Origin: Caecitellus pseudoparvulus
Lineage: Eukaryota > Protista > Bigyra: Bicosoecida
NCBI GenBank assembly: GCA_965644315.1
Contig: CBFFRQ010000027.1
Coordinates: forward strand, 26,511 to 90,510
Reading direction: 5' to 3'
Length of the DNA stretch: 64,000 nt
The position numbers were made by a program, and so were the translations under genes. Shown here one piece after another: positions 43,034-54,700 of the stretch (position 1 is its first letter; each line of letters begins with the position of its first letter). The notes beneath the pieces are model-generated. The model saw only the letters and a program-made list of their open reading frames with translations. It was not told the DNA's origin and ran no database searches.

Positions 43034-44977
43034 ATGGGCATCAAGTTCACGAGTTGCATGCTGGCCCTGCTGTGCGTGCCGGGGGTTTTCCTGCAGTGGT
43101 CCACCCTGCTGGCCATACAGCGCGCGAAAGCCAGCGTGGGGGTCAACGCGAGCCAGCCAATCCTCGCGGGTTCCCCCGTCCTTTACGGCCGCAGCAGCCC
43201 TGCTGTGGAGACAGCGATGCTCTTCAGCGTGTTCGGGGACGGCACTAGCATGGCGCTTGTCTCGGTGAGTGCTCGAGTGTGAGGCAACTGCTTTGGGCGC
43301 TGCGCATGCAGCAGCACCTGCCACGGGCCACATCCGCAGGGCACGCTCTCGCTCGGAGTCTTTCTTGCGTTGTCCGCCTGCGTTGTCCCATCGTGGCGCC
43401 GGGTGGGCCTCTTCGCTGTGCTGTTGTGGGGCGTCGTGCTGGGCATGGCGGCCTGTTTGTACACTTGGATTCCACAAATGTTGTTAACGAACGGAGAGCA
43501 AGGCCACATTATCCGCCTCACCTTGATTCCCCTGGCAGTGCTCCCATTCGCCGCCTCCTCGCCATTCGTGTTGAAGGAGACACGGCACCTGCTTTTCTCT
43601 AAGCCGTTCCTCGCTTGCATCGTGTTCTTTTCGACTGCTGCAGGGTGCGGCGCTCTGCTCACAGGAGTAATATTTCGAATCTTTTACGCTTCGTCAGATC
43701 TTGAGCGGGTGGCCATTCGTGTTTTCCTGCTTCCGATCCTCGGGGAAGTCGCGCAGGCCGTGGGTCGCTTCGTTTTCTCGTACTGGGGCGCAGACTCCCT
43801 GCCTGCCAGCTTCGTCACGTACTTGCTTGGACCCATCACTTTCACCATTGCAGTGACGGGGCGCATCTTCACGAGCGCCCTGTCATCAGTCGGCGCGACA
43901 GTCATGCTGGCAGTCGCTGTGTCGGTGGTTGAAGTCGTCATGCGGCTGACTGTCATCCCACGAGACGATGCGTACCGCTGGTGCGCGGCCCGCTTGCCAT
44001 GTTGTAGCATGGCACTGCGGGATGGGTCTACCAAGGCAGTGGCCCAGCGCAGGCGGGAGATGATTGGGTACTTCCACTTCCTGTCTGTGGACACGCTGGC
44101 GGAGGACGTCGCCATCTTGCTCGTGCTGCCCATGGCAGCGTTCTTCAGGTCCCCCTTATTTGCAGGAGGCCCCCCTGTCTCCCTCTCAGATACGCTGCTT
44201 AGAGTTGCACTGCAGTGGCTCCTGGAGTTGGCGACCGATGCGACCCCGTTCCTGCTCTACGCTTGCCTGCGCACTCTTGGCTCGGGGTGCGTGCCGTATG
44301 TCCCGGTCAGTCACATGGAGCTCCGGCAGCAGCGCAGCATTTCTGTGGTTAAAGAACAAGGCAGTGCTAAGGGTCAGATTGGGCACGAGGGGCTCACCCA
44401 TTCCGCTGCGTTCATCGACGACGCGGAGGGGGAAGCGGACCAGAATCCCCTTGCAGGCTATGGGGCTGGAACTCCGATGCACTCCCTGCCAACCCCGGCA
44501 GGTGCCATTGCAGGAGCTGCTGGAGACTTCCCGCTTGAGCACGAGTCCTTACAAGGAATGGCCAGCCCCTCACCACAGAGTGCGGGCGCTGAGACTGACC
44601 CTGCCACTGCCCACGTGCGAGCAGTGCAGGCTGCGATCCAGCTCCACCATGAAGCTGCCGCGCAAGGTGAGGGTGCTGGAGTGTGGGACCGATTAGAGCT
44701 GTCCAGCCTGCGTGCGGCAATGGGTATTTCCACGGCGTATTGGCAGTCCATGGGGGCAACTCGGCGCATGCTGTGGTGGTTGACTGCGACATCGGATTCC
44801 ATGGCTGGCCGCGTCGCAGCAGCTTGGCACCAACGGGATTCGAAGTGGGCACTTGTCACGGCTGGGTGGATTGTGAGTCTTGGCCTGTTCATCGTCCACG
44901 AACTGTACTATGCAGGGACGCACTGCATCTACACCGACCCGGCAGGCGCTCCGTACGCCGACCTGTGCGAACTGTAG
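43034..44977 (+). CDS. Multi-pass membrane protein of unknown function
   Basis: Exon from MGIKFTSCML (an in-frame ATG at 42938 is an alternative), intron 43265-43339, then a long exon with eight or more hydrophobic helices and a polar loop before a last helix. Confidence 0.72.
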
Positions 44978-45775
44978 TGCTGTCTGACCGCATGGTGCAT
45001 CCTAGCGTGACTATACTCTCACAGGGTGCTCGTGCTGAGCTTTGCTTTGCTTAGCGTGCATTGGCTGCTGGAGCCGCGCGCTACAGCTGAACCTTGAATG
45101 AATGTACGAGCGTGCCCTTTCGATGGACGTCGTGTCGACACATCGCCACAACAGGCAGACAGGAGCGCACAGGAACGACTGTAAGGACACAAACATGTAA
45201 GTGCTTGTTGCATCATATTGTATACCGCATCTCCCACAGTTTAACCTTGCCAAAGCCCGCATACTGCCTTCGACAGCCACCATCTTTCCGTCCTGGTGCG
45301 GAATTTGCGGGTTTTGCCTGCCAGTTTGCCTGTCACGTCGCGCGTGCACACCTGCGGGCGAGATACAAAATTACTTCTTCCCTGTGACTTGACTGCATCC
45401 ACAAGCACGTTGGGCAGACGTTTTCGCCTGCTCGATTTGCCGCACCTGCGAGGGCGCACACGGCCAGCTGGGGTTCAGGCGCAGCTGCCAATCAGAGCCT
45501 CGCCAAACGTTGCAGCTTTGCCCGCTGCACTGCACGCAGTCAGTGTGCGCGGGAGCAGCGACAGCGGCCATCCGCACGTACAATGCGTGGACTGCGCGCC
45601 CGTCTGGGCTGGGCGGCGCTGTCTGTCGGCGCTGTGTGCCTGGTCATGAGCGGAAGAGCGGCAGGCGCCGCTGCACTCCCCGCTTCCGGACACCCTGACT
45701 TTGGCGCGGATCCTGCGTCTGTGGACGAGGCAGAGGCCCTCAAAGCTGACGCCATGCAACACCCCCGGTACGATA

Positions 45776-48700
45776 ATGACGTTGTGCTGGGTCTTGCTCG
45801 CCTGGGCTGCGCCGGCGCTGATGGTGACCTCGTTCAAGCACAGCGTGCACGCCGGCCGCGTCCGCGTCCTGCGCAGGGAACTGGCTCTGTCCCACGACGG
45901 CCCTGCTCCTCGGCGGCTGTGCGGCAGTGGCGAATACAAAGGTGGATTTCTAAACTTGTTCTGCTACAATTGCCCCAAAGGGAGGTGGGGCAGCGGAGAC
46001 CACTGCCACGATTGTGCGCGGGGTGAGTTGGTGCAGGGCGGCGTTTCACGCGGCGGCAGCCTTTTCCGGCCTCCCCCTGCCTTGAGGCGGCCTCTCACGA
46101 CCTCTCGTTGTGAATTTCCACTATAGGCAAGTATGCTAACAAGGAGAAGATGGGATCGTGCAAGTCTTGCCCATCTGGTGCGTGCAGGCGTGCATGTGCC
46201 GATCCTGCGACGTGCCGAGGCAGCTCCTCCGTTCTGCTCACCTTGCAGGCGAATATCAGGAGAACACGAAGAAGTCGTTCTGTGACCAGTGTGAAGCAGG
46301 TGCGTCTGCAGCCCACGTGTCGCATTGGGGTCTGTCTTGGAAGGCCCTGCGTGGATTGTTGATGGCACACGGTGCAAATTCCGCACACACGTTTCCCTCG
46401 CGCCTTGCCGCCGTGCTCAGGTCGCTTCTCCAGCTCCACGGGGTCATCGACATGTGATGATTGCGGAATGGATACCTACACTGCGGAGCCAGGGGAGACG
46501 TCCTGCGCACAGTGCGTGCTGCTGCGCGTTGAGGGCACTCGCACTCTGAGCTGGGGCAGGCAGCCACGAGCAACCTCATATGCCCGCGCAGGTGTCCCCG
46601 GAACACCATGGCTTTCCCAGGCTCCTCATCCTGCATGGACTGTATCCCGGGCTGGGCAGCCAACGCGACTGGCGTGTGTGAGCAGTGCCCGCCTGGCCGG
46701 TACAGCAGTGGCGAAGCCGCGACAACCTGCACTGCCTGGTAAGCCACGACGACACCCATGGCCCTTGGGCGCCAGTGGCACTGCCTCTCTTCCTCCTCGC
46801 TTCGCAGCGAAGTGGGCAAGTTCCAGTCTGCCCCTGCCCAAACTGCCTGTGTGGCCTGTGTGCCGGGCAGGTACGGCATCGAGGCTGGGCTGTCGTCCCC
46901 CGCCTGCTCTGGCTCCGACGGCTCCTTCGCACCCTGCCCCGTGGGATTCGAAGAGTTCCACGACGGCGACCACGACTTTGGCTGCTTCTTGCACGTGGCC
47001 GAGGAGAAGTCCGCCGACGACGCACGTGCACATTGCGCCGCTCTGGGCGCTGACCTGGCCTCCTTTCACTCCGCAGCCACGCAGGGCTACCTCTCAGAGC
47101 TGTGCCAGGCAGCAGATGAAGGGCAAGAGGTAAGTGCCCCCCATATGTAGCGAGTGTGCGAAGCCGCAATCCCAGCACTCCTTGTGCTCGTGCGCCGCCC
47201 CCACTGCACAGTGCTGGACCGGTCTGCAGCGACTGTCCAGCACACGCTGGTCCTGGTCTGACGGCAACTCGGACACCTTCTGCGATCCGACCTCTACGAC
47301 TGGCTGCTGGGGTGCGTGCTGCATCGGGCATCTGCAACGCTGCATGCCCCGCATTCACCGCCTGCTGCCGTGTTTCACCCTGCAGGCGCTGGTGAGCCTG
47401 ACAGCTCTCCCTGTGCCGTCATGACTGACGATGGCACACTCAAAGACCTGTCGTGCGGAAACGCGAGGCAGTTCACCTGCCGGCTGAGCCCCATCAACTG
47501 CCCTGCTGGCTACGTCCTGGGCTTGCATGGCGATCCCAAGTTCGCCTGCTACAAGCACGAAGACACGGAGAGTGACTGGGCCAGCAGCCAGGCGGTGTGC
47601 GAAGCTGCTGGTGCCAAGCTTGCTGTTGTAGCGGATCGAGAGGAGCTGGAGTATGTTGCAGGGCTGTGTGGCAGGTGAGTGCAGGGTAGTTGGTGGCTGG
47701 GCGGCTGCACCTGCGCGCACCACTCTCTATGCGACCATCGCAGAGGCACGACGCGATCCCAGCGGGCATGCTGGCTTGGGGCGACGGATACGTTGATTGA
47801 AGGTCAGTGGGCATGGCATGACCCCCAGTTCATCGGCTCTGCAAGCGGCCTCTCTGGCGCGGGAAGCTACCCTGACAATTGGTGGACAGGTGGTGCAGCC
47901 GACGACGCCGCTGCCGTCTTGCCTGATGGACAAGACTGCTTGGCTACAACGACAGCTGATCATCCGTGCGTTTCAGCCGCTTTTGCACTCGTGTGCTTGT
48001 GCATATGCATGGCGTTTTTCGCGCACGCTACCACACCTCGCTGGCCGCTCGCCTCCTGCGCAGAGACATCACGGTGCAGGACTTGGAGTGCGCCTGCGAC
48101 CCCGATGCGTACTCTGCAAACCCCAAGGAGTGTGACGTGGCGTCACTTGGCGCCGTGTGCAAGGCGCCAACGATTTCTTACAGCAGGGTTCTGGGCGTCG
48201 AAGAAATGGAGTGCCCGGCAGGGACAGTTGACACGGGGCACTCCTGCGTGTTTAAAGTGGCGGTGACGCCCACGACGACGGCAGACGAGGCACGGGAACT
48301 CTGCCGAGCCCAGGCCAGCGCCGACGGTATTGTGCGGGGCGACGTGGACTTAGCCACAGCATCAGAGGCTTCATTCGCGGCCCTAGCAGCACACCTGGGG
48401 CCCTCGCTCAGTTTCATCGGCGCCCGGCGAGATGCGCGCTCAGGGCGATTCCGCTGGACTGATGATGTCGGCTTCGACGAGGCGTGGAGCCCCTTTGCCT
48501 CTGGCTCAGGTTGGGGCGAACCGGAGGGAGATGATTCAGCCGCTTGTGTGGTGGCATCAAGCACGGGCGCCTGGGCGGTGCCCTGTGCGAGCAGCCCTAG
48601 CACACCCCCGTTGCCCGCTGCCGTGTCAGACGCAGCTTGCCAGATGGCCAAGCCAGCCAATGCCTGCCCGCCAGGCTGGACTCAGAACCCATTCAGCCAC

Positions 48701-51700
48701 GCTTGTATCTTGCCACTGCCCAACAAGGTCGACTTTGCCACTGCCCAGCAGCTGTGCTCCCGTACGCACTCCCGAGGCTACCTGGCGACGTTCTCGACTG
48801 AGGCTGAGCTGCGGTTCATCACTCGTCAAGCTCATGTTGTAGACGGCTCGTTCTGGATTGGCGCTCAGGCAAACCCCGTGAATGCCAGGTTTGAGTGGCT
48901 GCCACGGTGGGGCAAGTCTGAGCCTGAGGATCCCCACTCACTGCTGGACACTGCTGCCGCGTATTGGGAGAGCACTCCCACTGTAGCCAGTGGCAATGCT
49001 GTGATTTGGAAAGACAACGCGCCCGACTCCACACCAGCGCCTGGTGGTGGTGTTATCGCGGCGGTGGACGGCGCAGCAGAGGAGCACCACATCCTGTGTG
49101 CGGTGGATGCGGCTGCCGAGCCGGACGTCGCTCGCTCGTGCCCAGAGGGCTTCGTGCGCTCCCCCGTGAGCATGCGCTGCGTTGGACTGCACCCCAGTGG
49201 GGTCGAGTCTTCTGCGGAGGGGGCGATGCAGCAGTGTGCTGCCTTGCCAGGGCACTTCACCCTGGCCTCAGCTCAAAATGGCCTGGAGGCAGCCTGGCTC
49301 GTGCGACAAGTGCACCGTATGGCAGAGGCGTCAGGCCGCAGCGTGTGGCTGAGCTGGGCCCTGGGAGGGCAGGGGGAGTGGAGGTCCAGGACGGGCGGCC
49401 TGGGGGACGCTCCGCTCCCGCCCACGTCTGAGCTGTGGAGTGCTGGAGAGCCCGCTGGTGCCGGGGAAACCTGCACTGCAGTCCCAGCTGGGGCTGCGAG
49501 CATTGACAGTGTGAGTTGCAGCGGCTTCCTCGCACTGCCCATGTGCATGACTGGCCACGCAGAGGAGGAGGCGGCAGCGGTAGGGGCGGCACCACCCCCG
49601 ACTCGAGCATTTGTCCCAACTGGGACAGCCTGCCCCGCTGGCTGGATCCGCTCGCCACTATCTGGTACGTGCCTGCAGCCTCTCCTGTCTTCGGCTGGCG
49701 AGCTGGTGTCTCGTGACGACGCACAAGTCATGTGCCAGCGAGCTTGGCCCGGCGCGAGTCTGTGGACTGGCCCGCTTGTGTCTGAAGAGCTGGGCAGTGT
49801 GACACGCCTGGTGTCGGATCATGGCGCCAGCGCTTACTGGACTGCTGCAGTGGACGGCGACGTGTCCGCTGGCGTGCAGTGGCCCGCTGGCCAGCCAGAT
49901 GGATCACCCCTCCCCTTCGTGGGGGAAGAACCCTCGAACTTGGGTTGTGTTGCCCTGGGCGCTGACGGTGAGTTGTTCAGCGCAGGCTGCGGCTGGCCGG
50001 TGGCAGCTGCCTTGTGTGCATGGACGCCAGGCTGCCCGAGTGGCTTCACACGGCACCCACGCGATGGCCAGTGCTGGAAGGCACATTCTGCCCACACGGA
50101 GGGCTGGCCAGAACGCAGGCACAGCTGGGACAGTGCTCAAAGTGCATGTGATCTGGACGGGTTCGGGCAACTCGCCGCTCCACCGGTGCTAAGCCCCGAC
50201 TCCATCGACACTGGTATGCTGTGGCTGGCGCAGCTTCCCGTCCCTCAAGGCTTGGAGTCTTCAGAGCTGGCGCACGTCGGTGCTCGGTGGGAGGCGGGGG
50301 CCTCTGCTTGGCTTTGGGCGTCAGGGGCGACTGTGGAGGCGGCGGCATGGAAGGCGGGAGCACCTCCAGCCGACTTGTCCTCAGGGGAGTGTGCGGCGAT
50401 GGAGATCGGCTCACGCTTGCTCCTGCCAGTGGCCTGTGATGCAACGCCAAGTATTGGCACTCCCAGCCACTTCATCTGCACGCGTGCCCCTCGCAGCTCG
50501 TGTTCCGGCATGGTGTCCCCCGTCTCGGGCGCCTGCTACCACCTGGACACTTCCGTGCTCCGCACCAAGGCGGACGCAGCGGCACACTGCTCATCCATGG
50601 ACGCGGCTGAGGGCCTTGCCACGCTCTATGATGCCGGCGACGCTGCATGGCTGACGGGGGTGTATGCCCGATTGGCCCCCAGCGGCCCAGGCTTGTGGGT
50701 GGATGCCCAGCGGCCGGCCGGGGCGTCCTCTGTGGCGTGGACTCGCAGCGCACATGCACCCGAATCCCTGGGTGCCTGGCAGCGCCTGACCTCGACAGCG
50801 TCAGAGACTGACCTGGCTCAAGCGTCCTGCTTCGCTGTTGGCGGCAGTGCGAGCATGGGGTGGGCTAGCGGGGATTCCGCCCTGGACCCTGGCAAGCTGG
50901 CGGCCGCCGTGGATGTCTCTTGCAGTCAGCAGGCCCACACGCTCTGCTACGACCACGCGCCGTGCCCTGACGGCTCGTGGGTGTGGTCCCCCGCCACGGG
51001 CACATGCCTGCGAAGAGAGACTGTGACTGCAGACGACTCGGCTGCTGCCCAGGCGGCCTGCTCGAGCTCTGGTGTGGCGCCGGCGCACCTTTGGACGCCC
51101 CATGATGCCATTGAGCTGTATTGGTTTGCACACACTGTGCTGCACGCGCCGTCACTGTGGCTGGGCATCGAGTTCAAGTCGTTCACTGCCGGGTGGGCAT
51201 TCGTTGACGGTTCGGATGCAAGCGTGCTGCAGGTGGATGTGAATGGCGTGCGGGCGTCAGGGCAGCATCTGCGCGGGTCTTCCCTCTTTGGCTTCTGCGC
51301 CAGCGGCTGCTCTGAGCCAGTCGCAGACTTCTCCATGCGCGGCGTGCGGTGGGCCGCCGCGGGCTTGGACAACGGTGAGCCGGTCGTCGCCTCAGCAGCC
51401 GCCCCAGGCACGCCGCTAGTGTGTGAGCACACCCCTCCTTGCAGCACAACCGGCCATGGTGATGGATCCGTGCTGCATTTCACGGAGGCGGGCCACACCT
51501 GCGTGTACACCGTACCGCCGAGCACCCCCTGGTTGGCCACCAAGGCTTGGGGAGCAGCGGGTGCGGCATGGCACGCAGAGAGCGCTGTGAGCCCCCAACC
51601 ACTGGGCGGAGGCGGCGGGCACTCCAGCGCAAACTTCGCAGTGCAGCCTGGCGACAGGCTGCTCGTGCATGTGGGAGGTGGCAGAGGCGGCTGGGCAGAC

Positions 51701-54700
51701 ACAGCAGCACCGGCACTTTCCAGCGTTCCAGCTTCAACTGCTTCGCGTGTGTTCGCGCCAGGCGGGGGTGCGTCTTCCATTTCCAAGTTGGCCGGCGCTC
51801 TTGGCGTGCTGGATCTCTCCAGGCACTCTCTGGTCGCGTCGGGCGGTGGAGGCGGCGGGTCTCACACCCACGGTGGGCCTGGAGGCGGCATAGAGGGGGG
51901 CGCCGCCCCGCTGCCAGCCGTGCTGCCCCCTCATCAGCTGGCCCTGCAGGGCAGTGGTGCCACGTCCCCAGACTCGACGAACTCGCTGCAGGGGTCAGGC
52001 GCAGGGGGCTGGGCGGTGGATGTGAGCACAAGCGGCGTGCTGCATGTGCCTGGCGTGTGCTTGTGGGGCCTGGACGGCACGCGGAACTCGGGCGGTGTCC
52101 CTGGCTGCCCTGACAGCCTCGCTGTGCAAGGCGCAGGCGGTGGTGGCGGGTACATGGGTGGTGGCGCTGGTGCGGCCTTGAGTTCGGCGGTCGGCTCTGC
52201 AGGTGGCGGCGGCGCCGGATTCCTCGGCGATGGTGCCCAGTCAGGGCGCCTGGTTGGCGGCTGGCAGTCCCTTCCGGGCCTGGTGGCGGATGTGCAGCGA
52301 GCTCCAGGAGCCGGAGCTGCGGATTCGGTGTCTGCTCTTCGAGGGCAAGTCATGCTGCGGCAGCTGTCGCGGACGCCGCAGTGTGAGCCCTCTGCAAGGC
52401 TTACCATCACGGGCCATGGCTGGAACAACATCGTGAGCCCCCCAGGTGCACTGGCAGCCGACGTGTCCATGTGGGGTGCAGGGGGCGGCGCTGCAGTCGA
52501 TGACACGTGCACTGGCGGGACAGGCGGCTTCGCCAGCGCCCGCCTGCGCTTGGATCCCGACACGCCCCTGACTGTGGAGGTCGGTGTGCCGGGGGCGAAG
52601 CACGCCCTGAGCCGGGACTACGTGTACGACTCAGAGGTGGCCACCCCCTTTGGCACTCGGCAGTTGACTGGCGCCTCCGCCCTGCCCCACGAGGTGGGCT
52701 TGCCCTTCCGGCACTCAACCACCACTGGCGGCTTCTCAGGGGCTACCTCATACAATCGAGGCGGTGGGGAGCGCACAGCTCTGTGGACAGCAGGCCCTTT
52801 CGGCGAGTGGCTGGTCGCTGGTGGCGGTGGCGGCGGCGGCACTGGGCTGCCAAGCTGCGCGAAGGGCGGTGCTGGCGGTGGCGCCAGCGGTGCAGATGGC
52901 GGCACTCGCAACCAGTCTCCAGGTGGACAAGGTGGGCAGTCAACTGGGCCTGGGGCCCCCGTGATTGCGAAGTCGAACGTCTCGCTGTCGCAGGCGGGTG
53001 GGATCGCAGGTGACCGGGGTGTGGGCGGTGTTTCCCTGGAAACCGTCTGCCTGGAAGGCCCGTGCACGGTGTATGCCGCAGGGGGTGGAGGCGGCTACTA
53101 CGGCGGAGCATCTGGCGTTGCGTCCATGCTGACTGGCAGCGGAGGAGGTGGAGGCAGTGGGTTTGTGCTTCAGGAGCAAGCCATGACGTCTGCGTCCGCA
53201 GACCCTCACCCAGTCACTGGCCAAACTCACCCCGACCCCCAGCTGCTGCAAGGCTTGCTCTCCAGCCCTGCCTCCAGCACAGACGCTGAGCTGGATGCGG
53301 TGCGCTCTGCCGTGTCTGCTGGCGAAGCAGGGCAGGGCGGCATGGCTGTGGTGGAGTTTCGATGCACAGAGTGCAGCGAGTCTGACGATTGCGCAATTTT
53401 GTCCGCGTCAGTCGTCCGGGAATGCGTCCCATACGGCACTGAGCGGCCTCGCACGAACCCAAAGGACGTGCACTCCAAGTGCTACTTCTGCGACCCGGCT
53501 GGCTCAGGCGGCTACTACGCGTGGAGTTTCCGCGGCGAAGGGTACGGGTGTGACGATGAGCTGGCGTGCACTCACAGCGACGCGTGCAGTGCAGGTGGAC
53601 TGTGCCAGGGCACGCCGTACACACACTGCTTGGACTTTGCTTTCACGCAAGATCTGTCGCAGAACTGTGAAGTGTGCGACGGTACACCTGGTGCGGACAG
53701 CACTGGCGGCTGTGCTCTGAAGCCTGGCTTTGCTGGGGGGGTTGTGGACCTCGTGCCTTCAGGCAAGAGCTGCGCGTGCAACATTGGCGGGACGCTGGTG
53801 GCCCACGGCGAGGCGAACCCAGCCCAGCCTGGCTGCCAATACTGCGACGTGACGTTGGATGCCACCGCCTGGAGCAACCGCCCAGCGGGCCTCGCATGTG
53901 ACGATGGTGACGCCTGCACTGCAGCCGATGTGTGTTCATTGTCTGGCACCTGTGAAGGCGTGTCATATTCCTGTGACGCTCAGGCCTGCCACGAGTCATA
54001 CGAGTGCAATGGGGACGGCGGCTGCACTGAGACGCTGTTCGCTGCAGGTGACAACGAAGTCTGCAGCGCCAGCGTGTCGCAGTGCTCGCTGCACGTCACG
54101 TGTGACGGCAGCATCGCCACCTGCCCTGGTTACTCTGCGCTGCAGCCTGTCACGCCTGCCTTTGCCGCTGCAGGTCTGCTGGCCCCTGCACACACCAAGA
54201 CGCTGGACACTGGCACAGCAGTGGCTGGGGCGACGTTGCTGGAGACCAACCCTGCCATGCCCGGAGGCCTGCACGGCGCAGTAACACTGGCGGACTTTGA
54301 CGTCACGTGCGACGCGCTGCAGCTGCGACTGGGCGTGCAAGCTATTTCGTCCGCTGCGGATGAGGCCTCCTGCAGTGGCAGCCTGATCCAGGACGCCCTT
54401 GATGCACGATCCGCCGAGGCGGTCATTTCCTGCCCGCCCGGCTCCACCTTGTTGCTGAGCTCTGACGGGGCGCGCCACACGTGTGCGTCAGTGCACGGAC
54501 CGGCCACGTTCACAGCTGCCGCTGCGACGTGCGACGCGGAGGGTGGCCACTTGCTCACGTCCCTGACTGAGCCTGTCATGGCAGCTGCCGCGGCGGGCCT
54601 GTGTGCGGCGTTCGACTCTGCAACATGCTGGGTGGGGGCGTCCAGTGACGGCAGTGGCGCTTGGAGCATCACAAGCCACCCACATGCAGTGCATGCTGCT

